IMG/VR virus record: IMGVR_UViG_3300026980_000004
Length of the DNA: 64,000 nt
Strand: one strand, 5' to 3'
Source: a virus
Lineage: Duplodnaviria; Heunggongvirae; Uroviricota; Caudoviricetes
Of this stretch, positions 25,936 through 34,649 are shown one piece after another. The notes under the pieces were generated by a model. The model was not told the DNA's origin and searched no databases. It saw only the letters and a list, made by a program, of their open reading frames with translations. Made by a program: the position numbers and the translations under genes. Position 1 is the stretch's first letter, and each line of letters begins with the position of its first letter.

Positions 25936-26441
25936 TATTTAGTCATAATTGAACCATAATTTTTAATTTTTTCTACCTCTTTAAAACCATATTTATTTTT
26001 TAAAATATTTACCATAATTGGGTTTATGGCTTCAATTTTAATTGGTAATTTTTCATCTTCGACAATATCATTTCTATATTCATATTCGTTCATTGCTTGA
26101 TCGATTAGAATATAACTCAATCCTTTATTTCTATATTTTTGATCGATGGCAATATCAAAAGAGAATTCATCTAGGTCATTATTAACCCATAATGCGCCAG
26201 CAACTGTTAATGTATCTAGATTTAAAATAATTCCTGTTAATTCTTTATTTCTTAATATACCGATATTTGAATTCTTTGCAATTTCATCAGCTTGATCAGA
26301 TAGATCATAAATATCTAAATCTAAATCGTCTAATTCTTCATTTTCATTATCAAAATCAATTGAAAAATATTTATATTCTTTATTAATATCTTCGGTAATA
26401 ATATTATTATATTCTTCTTTAATTATTTTATTAATATCCAT
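25935..26441 (-). CDS. GNAT acetyltransferase with KIIKEEYN leader
   Basis: FDIAIDQKYRNKGLSYILI (motif A), KYGF; CTATTTATA upstream. Confidence 0.7.
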   Translation of the reverse strand: MDINKIIKEEYNNIITEDINKEYKYFSIDFDNENEELDDLDLDIYDLSDQADEIAKNSNIGILRNKELTGIILNLDTLTVAGALWVNNDLDEFSFDIAIDQKYRNKGLSYILIDQAMNEYEYRNDIVEDEKLPIKIEAINPIMVNILKNKYGFKEVEKIKNYGSIMTK

Positions 26442-26455
26442 ATAATATAAATAGT

Positions 26456-26698
26456 TTACCTAATTATTTCATTAATATTAATATTTCCATTTTCAACCAA
26501 TTCATTAAACCTTTCAAATACTAAATCGAGTGTATCGTATGAATTTAGTTTTTTTGTTTCAATTTGATATTCCAATTCTTTTTTCGAATTTAGCATAAAT
26601 TGAAATATTACATTTGCCATTTCATCTGATTTATTATATCTTTTAAAATCCATTAAATCATCTGGATCAGTTAAATCGAATATTAATTTCGCTTTCAT
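26456..26698 (-). CDS. hypothetical protein
   Basis: 80 aa ORF. Confidence 0.7.
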   Translation of the reverse strand: MKAKLIFDLTDPDDLMDFKRYNKSDEMANVIFQFMLNSKKELEYQIETKKLNSYDTLDLVFERFNELVENGNININEIIR

Positions 26699-26856
26699 AT
26701 CTTTTCTGTTTTAATAATTTCGCACTCAATCCCAAACTTAACATCATTTATTGTTTTAAACATATATATTTTATATGTGACAAATTCATTATCTGCAGTT
26801 ATTTCTGTTATTATATGATCATTAATATTGTTACCTCTTTTTATTGTCGTTTTCAT
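26695..26856 (-). CDS. small hypothetical protein
   Basis: probable start MKTTIKR; fills the operon gap, ATGA-coupled. Confidence 0.5.
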   Translation of the reverse strand: MKTTIKRGNNINDHIITEITADNEFVTYKIYMFKTINDVKFGIECEIIKTEKI

Positions 26857-27322
26857 TATCTCTACATTTTTCACATAAATTATATATCCAATATTTACCA
26901 AATATTTCTACATTTTCTTTTGAACCACAAGATTCACATGTATTTTCACATTCTTTAATTGCAGTATTAACAATTTCTTCAACCTCTTGTGAAAAATACC
27001 CATATACCCTTAATTCGGCATATTTATCTTTAATATCTATTACCATTTGATTTTTTGTTAGATATTTTCTAAGTTTATCAAATGAATCGTATTTAACACG
27101 AACAACTGTATTACCTGTGGCCAAATAATGTATTAACCTTTTAACGAATAAAGGTAGATACTTTTGTGGCCACATTTGTTTTTCAATATCAATAATCATA
27201 TTATTGACAATATTTTTCCAACCATTTGGTACTCCAGGATATGAATATCCGATGTGTCTATATTTTTCAAAAATTGTTTTTGGAAAAAATATACTACGAA
27301 TATCTTCTATTAATCTATTCAT
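26831..27322 (-). CDS. hypothetical protein with C-terminal Zn ribbon
   Basis: IKDKYAELRVY...TCESCG...LCEKC. Confidence 0.75.
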   Translation of the reverse strand: MNRLIEDIRSIFFPKTIFEKYRHIGYSYPGVPNGWKNIVNNMIIDIEKQMWPQKYLPLFVKRLIHYLATGNTVVRVKYDSFDKLRKYLTKNQMVIDIKDKYAELRVYGYFSQEVEEIVNTAIKECENTCESCGSKENVEIFGKYWIYNLCEKCRDNENDNKKR

Positions 27323-27698
27323 TATATTTTTTATAATTATTTAGTAAATCTTCAATATTTTTTTTACCAACTGGATTCATGGAATGTACATAAAATTCTG
27401 GTAATTTAAGATTATTATCCATACAATATTCAATCAAAAACTTTGCACAATCATATCCAGTTTTTTCGTTTATTTTGTTTGAATCATCCCAAAAACTACC
27501 AATTGAATAATAATCATCAGCTAAATCATGGTCGAACGATATAAATTTAGGTAATCCGAGTTTTTTAATATGATTTATGAATTCAACATAGGATCTAACC
27601 ACATCCCATTCTTTTTCTATAAATGGTAAGTATTTGGTATATCCATATGCGTGAATTGGATTACGGATATCGTCTAAAAATAGATATAAATTTTTCAT
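27315..27698 (-). CDS. cyclic-phosphate-processing receiver-like domain protein
   Basis: LFLDDIR...ISFDHDL...TGYDCAKFL...VHSMNPVG. Confidence 0.75.
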   Translation of the reverse strand: MKNLYLFLDDIRNPIHAYGYTKYLPFIEKEWDVVRSYVEFINHIKKLGLPKFISFDHDLADDYYSIGSFWDDSNKINEKTGYDCAKFLIEYCMDNNLKLPEFYVHSMNPVGKKNIEDLLNNYKKYNE

Positions 27699-27735
27699 AA
27701 AACAAAGATAGGAAAAAAATGGAAAAAATAATAAT

Positions 27736-28050
27736 TTATTTTACAAAAACAGGTTTTTTACCTTTAGATTTTGAAACCGCTTTTCTTTTTCTAGAGGTCG
27801 CATTCTTTTTTTCCTTATCTGTCATTTTATTTGCCTTAGCTTGTGGTCTACATTTAGGATATGCTCTTTTACCAGATTTACCTCTTGATTTATCACCTGC
27901 AGATGCACCGCATTCTGGATGTTTACCTGATTTATCTTTTCTGGATATATCTACCCATTTTTCATTATTGAACCATTTTCCGAGTCCGCTATCTTTATAC
28001 ACTTGTTCGTATAATAAATCTTGTATTATTTCTTTGATTTCTTCTTCCAT
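27736..28050 (-). CDS. small basic protein (DUF5872-associated-like)
   Basis: GLGKWFNNEKWVD...ECG...YPKCRP; acidic leader IKEIIQDLLYE. Confidence 0.65.
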   Translation of the reverse strand: MEEEIKEIIQDLLYEQVYKDSGLGKWFNNEKWVDISRKDKSGKHPECGASAGDKSRGKSGKRAYPKCRPQAKANKMTDKEKKNATSRKRKAVSKSKGKKPVFVK

Positions 28051-28241
28051 GTCCCTCCTAATTCTTTATATTTTTTTGCAGCCCAAGCATTTGAATAAGC
28101 ACTGGGATACACTTTAAATTTCTTTTTTGCTTGAGATTTCGCATACGCCCATTTTTGCTTATCGTTCGGTTCATTTTTACCTTCGGTAATCTCAATGATT
28201 TCAATACTTTCTTCTATTATTTTATCCCAATCAGAATTCAT
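28026..28241 (-). CDS. small basic protein (DUF5872-like)
   Basis: AKKKFKVYPSAYSNAWAAKKYKELGG; start MNSDWDKIIEE after CTATTTATA. Confidence 0.65.
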   Translation of the reverse strand: MNSDWDKIIEESIEIIEITEGKNEPNDKQKWAYAKSQAKKKFKVYPSAYSNAWAAKKYKELGGTWKKKSKK

Positions 28242-28261
28242 ATTTTTATATATAAATAGTT

Positions 28262-28385
28262 CTGTAAAATATGGAAATTTATCCATTTAATACATTTTTT
28301 TCCTAATTCAACGACACTTGCGTTGCAAATGCAACGTTTTACATTGTCTCCAAAGGCTTAAATTCGGGTGAACCCAACCCTATTT
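28262..28385 (-). mobile_element. orphan IS200/605/607 TnpB 3'-end / omegaRNA-like element
   Basis: ATAGGGTTGGGTTCACCCGAATTTAAGCCTTTGGAG...GTCGTTGAATTAGGAA plus terminal hairpin; reads IGLGSPEFKPLE; no tnpB body. Confidence 0.55.
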
Positions 28386-28460
28386 TATATATAAATACTG
28401 AATAAATTTATAAATATCTCAATAAATATCTAATTTTTAAATAAAGTTTTATTATACTTA

Positions 28461-28494
28461 CAAAAAAAGAGATGTATTTGTTTACATCTCTTTG
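28461..28494 (-). terminator. intrinsic terminator after clpP
   Basis: AAAGAGATGTA...TACATCTCTTT plus T-tract. Confidence 0.75.
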
Positions 28495-28591
28495 TATTAT
28501 TAATCATTCATTATCTAATCATAATATGGTTTTTATATGATTAATCATTCATTATCTATTCAAAACCACATCAACAATCCATATTCTTTTT

Positions 28592-29272
28592 TTAGTCATT
28601 TCTTTTTGTTAAAATCCCGTCAATAGCACCATATTCCAATGCTTCTTGTGATGTCAACCAATAATCTCTGTCACAATCCTTTTCAATCTTTTCGTAAGGT
28701 TGTCCTGTATTATGGGAAATTGTTTGGTATAATTCTGTTTTTAATTTATTTATTTCTTTTACGGTAATCTCCATATCAGAAGCTTGCGTTCCTGGGGAAA
28801 TTCCACTCATTGGTTGATGTTGCATTAATCTTGCATTTTTTAATGCAAATCTTTTACCTTTTGTTCCTGATGTTGAAATTACAAAAGCCATTGAAGCTGC
28901 CATTCCTGTTACTATTGTTGATATATCTGGTGTAATATATTCCATAACGTTTTGGATAGAATACCCTGCATGTACTCCGCCCCCTCCTGAATTAATGAGC
29001 ATTTTAATATCTTCTTTTTTGTCAGCATTTTCAAGAAACAATAATTGTGCAACAATAATATTAGCAATATTGTCATCAATTGCCGTCCCCAAAAAAATTG
29101 TTCTATCCATTATCAATCTTGAAAAGACATCAATTTCTCTAAAATTTTGTGGTCTTTCTTCAATTACAGATCTTGTCATATTTTCGATATGAGTTGTATA
29201 TCTGTCAATATTACTACCTGCAATTCCCTGATTATGTACTGCAAATTTTCTAAAATCTTCGTTTATATTCAT
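28592..29272 (-). CDS. clpP: ATP-dependent Clp protease proteolytic subunit
   Basis: DVFSRLIMDRTIFLG, IVAQLLFLE, GMAASMA (Ser), MQHQP (His), DRDYW (Asp). Confidence 0.95.
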   Translation of the reverse strand: MNINEDFRKFAVHNQGIAGSNIDRYTTHIENMTRSVIEERPQNFREIDVFSRLIMDRTIFLGTAIDDNIANIIVAQLLFLENADKKEDIKMLINSGGGGVHAGYSIQNVMEYITPDISTIVTGMAASMAFVISTSGTKGKRFALKNARLMQHQPMSGISPGTQASDMEITVKEINKLKTELYQTISHNTGQPYEKIEKDCDRDYWLTSQEALEYGAIDGILTKRND

Positions 29273-29565
29273 TCTGTATCAATATTTGTATTAGTTTTTA
29301 CTACTTTTAATAATAAATCATCGTATTCAATAACATCATAAAAAATATTTACAATCACAGGAAGCCTTGAGATATTTGTAAAGTCATTGATAGTAAAACT
29401 AATTTTATCATTCGGTGATATATCTAACCCTTTTCTAATATAGAAGATATCACCACCAATTAACATTGGTTTGGAAGTGAAACTACTATCAGTTGTTTGT
29501 TTTGTTGTAACGTATTTGTTTTCAAATTCGTTAAATGATTCTTCTTTAATTTTGTGATTTTTCAT
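29269..29565 (-). CDS. hypothetical protein
   Basis: 98 aa, coupled to clpP. Confidence 0.65.
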   Translation of the reverse strand: MKNHKIKEESFNEFENKYVTTKQTTDSSFTSKPMLIGGDIFYIRKGLDISPNDKISFTINDFTNISRLPVIVNIFYDVIEYDDLLLKVVKTNTNIDTE

Positions 29566-29570
29566 TTTTT

Positions 29571-29897
29571 TTATTGTTCAACTATATAAACTATTGGTAT
29601 ATTATTTTCTTCTGCGTATTTAATTTCCATTTGAATTCCTTTTGAATTAATCCAACCATCCATTTTATAAACATACATAATATCCGATTTTGATAATAAA
29701 TCTAAGCAAAAATTTTCCCAAAATTTAAAATCAGTTGGCATTTTTTTATATTTTAATAATGAGTGTCCATATGTGATTGGTGAAATAGCAACATGTCCTT
29801 TTGAAACTAAATCTGCCACATATTTGGTTACCTTTTCATATCTTTCTTCTCTTATTTTTCCATCTTCATGGCTGTAAGGTGATGCTACGTAAATCAT
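29571..29897 (-). CDS. DUF1937 / nucleoside 2-deoxyribosyltransferase-like protein
   Basis: IYVASPYSH...SPITYGH...W...GWINSKGIQMEIKYA. Confidence 0.75.
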   Translation of the reverse strand: MIYVASPYSHEDGKIREERYEKVTKYVADLVSKGHVAISPITYGHSLLKYKKMPTDFKFWENFCLDLLSKSDIMYVYKMDGWINSKGIQMEIKYAEENNIPIVYIVEQ

Positions 29898-31374
29898 CTC
29901 TTTTATTATTTATATTATTATTCAATTCAACTAAATTAATATTATCAATAGTATTATTATATAATCTTTCGTTGGATATTATAATACTAATATTTTTTGC
30001 TCTTGTTAGTGCAGTATATATTGATTGTGATTTTTCTTTATTACCAGTTGGTTTTACTGACATTATATCTTGTTCATGAATAATTGCAATATCATATGTG
30101 GAACCTTGTGCCTTATGAATTGTAATCGCATATGCATAATCAATATTTGGAAATCTTTTTTTAGCTTCCCAAGCATCTTCTAATTTTTTACGATATAGGT
30201 CATATAATTCTTTAAGTTCTTTTTTTGATGAATTTTTTTCATTTTCAGAAATGAAATTTTTTACTTTAAATGCGATATTAAATTTATTTTTAATGATTTT
30301 TTCATAGTCGTTATATGAATCTGGATGTAATAAATTTAGTTGTTCAATTCTATCATCAACAACAATATCTATTGAATACAATTTAATATTATCAATTTTA
30401 TCAATAAAGGGGTCATATTTTTTAACGATTTGATATTCTGATGAATTTTCATAATCACCAAAATTATCATTAAAAATAATTGTTTCACCACTTTCAAAAG
30501 TATTTGAATTTTTACCAAAGAAATATTCGTGAATATATTTATTTATTGAATTTCTAGTATTATTTTTATATGTTAAAAATTTAACGAGATTTGAATTTTT
30601 ATTTTTTATTTGTTTTTCATATAGTTCTAATATTTGTTTGAATATTTCTTTTGTTTCGTTTACGAATATAATAGATCCCTTATCATTAATAATAGTATTT
30701 CTATATTTTATATTGGCTGGATTTTTTAGTGGTGATTCGTTTTGTGTATTTTCCCAGAAGAAATCCGCAAATGGTAATATTGGTGATTCTTCACCTTGTC
30801 TAACTCTTTTTAATAATTTAACTTTATTTTTAGTATTAAATATTGGTGAATTTTTTGATAGGTCAATATCGTTCCATTCACAATAATATGGATTTGATTT
30901 TGTTCTAATTGGTGGTAATTGTCCGATATCGCCTAAAAATATTAGTTTTGCATTTTTTTTCTTTTCTTTAAATAATAATTCAATCATTTCTTCATTTACC
31001 ATAGAAGCTTCATCAATTATTACGATATCGTAGTTATTTAATTTATTTACATTGGAACCCTTTGTATATATTTTTTTAAATGTACCAGTTTCTAAATCTA
31101 ACTGCATCGAAAGCATTCCTGCTATTGATGAGTAGTCTATTTTAATTTTTTCACGACTACTTTCAATTGATTCACGAATAACATATTTAGCTTTATGTGA
31201 TAAAGCACCTGCAATTATTTTTTTATGTTTAAATTTTTTTATAACTTCTTTAATAACAGTAGTTTTACCTGTACCTGCTTTACCTTCAATTAAAAAATAT
31301 TCGCTAGAATTTCCTTGTTTAATAAAATTAATACATGATTCAATCGCATTTAATTGTTCTTCGTTATAGACCAT
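29866..31374 (-). CDS. Dda/RecD-like SF1B DNA helicase
   Basis: GKAGTGKT, IIDEASMV, LGDIGQLPPI, RQ, YAITIHKAQGSTY, YTALTRA. Confidence 0.92.
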   Translation of the reverse strand: MVYNEEQLNAIESCINFIKQGNSSEYFLIEGKAGTGKTTVIKEVIKKFKHKKIIAGALSHKAKYVIRESIESSREKIKIDYSSIAGMLSMQLDLETGTFKKIYTKGSNVNKLNNYDIVIIDEASMVNEEMIELLFKEKKKNAKLIFLGDIGQLPPIRTKSNPYYCEWNDIDLSKNSPIFNTKNKVKLLKRVRQGEESPILPFADFFWENTQNESPLKNPANIKYRNTIINDKGSIIFVNETKEIFKQILELYEKQIKNKNSNLVKFLTYKNNTRNSINKYIHEYFFGKNSNTFESGETIIFNDNFGDYENSSEYQIVKKYDPFIDKIDNIKLYSIDIVVDDRIEQLNLLHPDSYNDYEKIIKNKFNIAFKVKNFISENEKNSSKKELKELYDLYRKKLEDAWEAKKRFPNIDYAYAITIHKAQGSTYDIAIIHEQDIMSVKPTGNKEKSQSIYTALTRAKNISIIISNERLYNNTIDNINLVELNNNINNKRDDLRSITLQP

Positions 31375-31441
31375 ATTATATAATGTGTGAAAAATAAGGA
31401 GGACTTTCAACCCATGTAGCTCTAATTTCCCTTATTTTATT

Positions 31442-31657
31442 TTATTGTTGTATCCAATTTATTAATTTACTTGAATCCATATCTATCTTAAATTCACTAT
31501 CGTCTGTTTCGGACAATGGTATTTGAAAATAAATTGTTTTCTTTTTATTATCAATAATAACATTACAATAATATAATGCAATATTTTTTTTTATTGATTT
31601 TAGGTGTGCTTCTGGATTATGTTTTATTAGAAATGATTTAATAATATCAATATCCAT
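31442..31657 (-). CDS. hypothetical protein
   Basis: 71 aa ORF. Confidence 0.65.
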   Translation of the reverse strand: MDIDIIKSFLIKHNPEAHLKSIKKNIALYYCNVIIDNKKKTIYFQIPLSETDDSEFKIDMDSSKLINWIQQ

Positions 31658-32082
31658 TATTTACCTTTATAATTATAAACTTCAACAATTTTTGTTTCAA
31701 CAACATCTGGAACTGTAAAATCAACTAGCATATTCGATAAAGATTCTTTAATTCTATCGTATGCTTCTTTTACCGTGTGTGCCTCAACTAGCATATATTG
31801 TGTTACTTTCTTTTCTTTACCCGAATTTTCATCAGCAATAAAATATTGGATTTTACACTTATGCCAAACATATGCATCATTATAAAAAAATACATCCGTA
31901 TAGCTAGTTTTACTCATTGCATCAACTTCGAAATATCCGATTGCTTTTTGTTCGAATTGTTCATACATTCTGCTTTCAGCTTCAGTAAAACTATCAGCAT
32001 CTAGAAGATATTGTTCTGTTACTTGTTTTAATAAACCCTGATCATCAGTTTTATTGTACTTTAATTTTGTTAAATACCACAT
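31657..32082 (-). CDS. DUF4494-like protein
   Basis: WY..KLKY.K....G..KQVTEQYLLDADSFTEAESR...WHKCKI...DENSGKEKK..YMLVEA. Confidence 0.8.
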   Translation of the reverse strand: MWYLTKLKYNKTDDQGLLKQVTEQYLLDADSFTEAESRMYEQFEQKAIGYFEVDAMSKTSYTDVFFYNDAYVWHKCKIQYFIADENSGKEKKVTQYMLVEAHTVKEAYDRIKESLSNMLVDFTVPDVVETKIVEVYNYKGK

Positions 32083-32140
32083 AATTTTTATTTTTTAATT
32101 TTTACAAAGTTAATAAGATTCCTTTTATGAACAAATATTT

Positions 32141-33247
32141 TTATTGTTTTTCGTATTTTGGTTTTTCAAATTTTGGTTTAACCAAATCCCATATTAATTT
32201 ATTTTCAAGATCTTTATTTTTATCCCACATTGCAAATAAAATTCCATGATATTTTTTATCATAAGATTTCTTTATATAAATTGCAAAGTCTTTTTTAGTT
32301 GGTTCTGGATATATATCATTATATTTACCGTATCTAAAATAATCATGTGTTTTACCCAAATAATTATATACAGAATAATATGCATAATTTAAATCTTTAA
32401 TTTTATTTTTAACCCATGCATCAAATTCATCTGGTACATTTTCGAGTAGAGATTCAATTTTTTTACCATCTTTTAAATATTCCCAAATATCATATGTTGT
32501 TATATTTGTAACAATTCTATGTAATCTAACATATTCTTCATATTTCATTTTTAGTCTGAAACCAGATTTAAATCTGATAACAAAACCTTCTCTATTATCA
32601 CCGTTATATATATTTCTTAAATTAGTATAATCATTAATACCATCATATTTTTTCACTACATCAAGAAATCCAACTTCTTTTTGAAAAAAATCAGATGCGA
32701 GTGGTTGTATATTAACCTCAATACCTCTTTTAGAGTCTATTAAACCAAGAAGAACCAATCTTTCTTTATCATAATTAACAACAATTCTATTCCAATGTGA
32801 GCAATATTCGAATATATATGTATGTCCTTCGTTATCTAACTTTTCATCATATTTTAATTCATAAAATAATTTTTCTGCTTCTATTGCATAATCAGATGTA
32901 AATGATCCTCTTGAACAAATAATCCAATTATTATTATATTGAAATGCCAATATTAGAGAACCATCTAATTTTTCAAAAACCTCAAATGGTTCATTTGGAA
33001 TTTCTTCAGGTTTTAATTCTTCAAGATTAAAGAATTTCTTAAAACCCCTTGCAACAATATTTCCATTATTATCTGTAACTAACGCTCTACAATTTAGGGT
33101 AATATCATCCCATTTAGAGTCGTATTGACAAGTTCTAGTATAATTCCAGATATATAATGGTAATGATGGGTGTGATTGTTTCTGAATCAACCCATCATTC
33201 TCATATTTTCTTAAAACATCGATATTTATTAAATTACCTAAGTCCAA
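32141..33247 (-). CDS. T4 Rnl1-like RNA ligase
   Basis: CRAL..ARGFKKFFN, EKLDGSL (motif I), SRGSF, FEY, EGFVI, RLKMKYEEY. Confidence 0.9.
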   Translation of the reverse strand: MDLGNLINIDVLRKYENDGLIQKQSHPSLPLYIWNYTRTCQYDSKWDDITLNCRALVTDNNGNIVARGFKKFFNLEELKPEEIPNEPFEVFEKLDGSLILAFQYNNNWIICSRGSFTSDYAIEAEKLFYELKYDEKLDNEGHTYIFEYCSHWNRIVVNYDKERLVLLGLIDSKRGIEVNIQPLASDFFQKEVGFLDVVKKYDGINDYTNLRNIYNGDNREGFVIRFKSGFRLKMKYEEYVRLHRIVTNITTYDIWEYLKDGKKIESLLENVPDEFDAWVKNKIKDLNYAYYSVYNYLGKTHDYFRYGKYNDIYPEPTKKDFAIYIKKSYDKKYHGILFAMWDKNKDLENKLIWDLVKPKFEKPKYEKQ

Positions 33248-34226
33248 TTTTTTTTGATCCTTGTGATATTTTTAGATTCTTTGTGTCAACAAATTCACGC
33301 ATTAATGATAATGAGTCATTAAAATCATTACCAAAAATGATAACTGAAATTATCAATTCTTTAATATGTGATATTGAAAATCCATTAGTTTCTTCAACCC
33401 ATTTATCAATATCAATTGATTCTAAATCAGAATCTTTAATCTTATTCATTATATATGCTTTTCTAACATCTTCGTCTGGTAAGCCTATTTCATATCTTCT
33501 ATCGAATCTTGAGGGTCTATTTGTGATATTTTCCTCCAATTCTTCTGGATAATTTGTTGTTGCAATATAGACAATATTTGGTACTTGGGAACTACCATCT
33601 AACAAATTAAGGAATGATGATTTTGTTTCATGTCCATAATTTGATAAAATAGAATCAATATCTTCAATTGTACAAATAATTGGTCTATCTGGTTCAACAT
33701 TTTTTAAAATTGGTGGGACAAATTCTTTAAAATTATATAAATCATCTGGTGTGTTTATTGAAAATACTACGCCATTATGTTCATTAATTAATTGTACTGT
33801 TAACAAGTTAATGATTGATGTTTTACCATTACCAGGTTTCCCGTATAAAAGAATGCCTCTTTTATGTGCATAATTATATTCATCATATTTTTCTTTAGAA
33901 TCCCAAAACTTTTTAATATCGTTAATAATTGCCTTTGATTCTTTAAATGGTAATTCAAATAATTCATCAGTTTTTACTTCGATTCTTCTTACACCAACAC
34001 CTAATTGTTGGTTTGTTGTAAACTTATAAAAACCAGGAGGTAGATTTTCAACCGTATTTGTAACTGAATAACCAAAATATTTATCCCCCTCAACTTTAAT
34101 ATATTTACTATAATCTGTTTTATGTTTTGATATATCTTGTTCTGTATTATCTTCAAAATCAAAAAGATCATAATCTTCACCAGATGGATTAATTGATAAT
34201 ATTTTGTTTAATAGTTTTCCCTTCAT
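33234..34226 (-). CDS. AAA+ ATPase
   Basis: RGILLYGKPGNGKT, IEDID, LNLLDG, ATTNYPE, RPSRFD. Confidence 0.9.
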   Translation of the reverse strand: MKGKLLNKILSINPSGEDYDLFDFEDNTEQDISKHKTDYSKYIKVEGDKYFGYSVTNTVENLPPGFYKFTTNQQLGVGVRRIEVKTDELFELPFKESKAIINDIKKFWDSKEKYDEYNYAHKRGILLYGKPGNGKTSIINLLTVQLINEHNGVVFSINTPDDLYNFKEFVPPILKNVEPDRPIICTIEDIDSILSNYGHETKSSFLNLLDGSSQVPNIVYIATTNYPEELEENITNRPSRFDRRYEIGLPDEDVRKAYIMNKIKDSDLESIDIDKWVEETNGFSISHIKELIISVIIFGNDFNDSLSLMREFVDTKNLKISQGSKKIGLR

Positions 34227-34262
34227 TTTGTATTATTTAAGTATTTATATGTAAATTATTTT

Positions 34263-34553
34263 ATGTTAGTTTTTAGTTCAATTTCAGATGGTAAAGAGTT
34301 TATTTCAAATCCTGAAAATAAATCAATTATTTACGAATCATTAATTGAAGATATTAAAGATGCTTTAATTTTTGATATGAATTTCATTACAATTTATAGG
34401 TATGATAAAGAAAATATACATCATTTTCTATATCAAAAGAATTGGATAAATTCATTAAACAAAGCATTAGAGTATTATGAATTTATTGAAAATTATGAAC
34501 AGTGCATTGAAATACGTGATTTAATCTCTGTTCTATCTGATTGTTTTATTTAG
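34263..34553 (+). CDS. hypothetical protein with UvrB/UvrC-like helical motif
   Basis: LNKALEYYEFIENYEQCIEIRDLI; GTATTTATA upstream. Confidence 0.65.
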   Translation: MLVFSSISDGKEFISNPENKSIIYESLIEDIKDALIFDMNFITIYRYDKENIHHFLYQKNWINSLNKALEYYEFIENYEQCIEIRDLISVLSDCFI

Positions 34554-34586
34554 CATCAGCAAAAATATGAATAAAACATTTATAAA

Positions 34587-34618
34587 CAAAAAAAAGGGTT
34601 AAAAAATTTTAACCCTTT
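34587..34618 (-). terminator. intrinsic terminator
   Basis: AAAGGGTTAAAA...TTTTAACCCTTT plus T-tract. Confidence 0.75.
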
Positions 34619-34649
34619 ACACATATTTAACTAAAGTAGCGAAATTTAA

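Noticed and set aside
28498-28558. 19-bp direct repeat ATTAATCATTCATTATCTA (two copies)
   Set aside because: Only two copies in the clpP 3' UTR; too little to call an array or assign a function.
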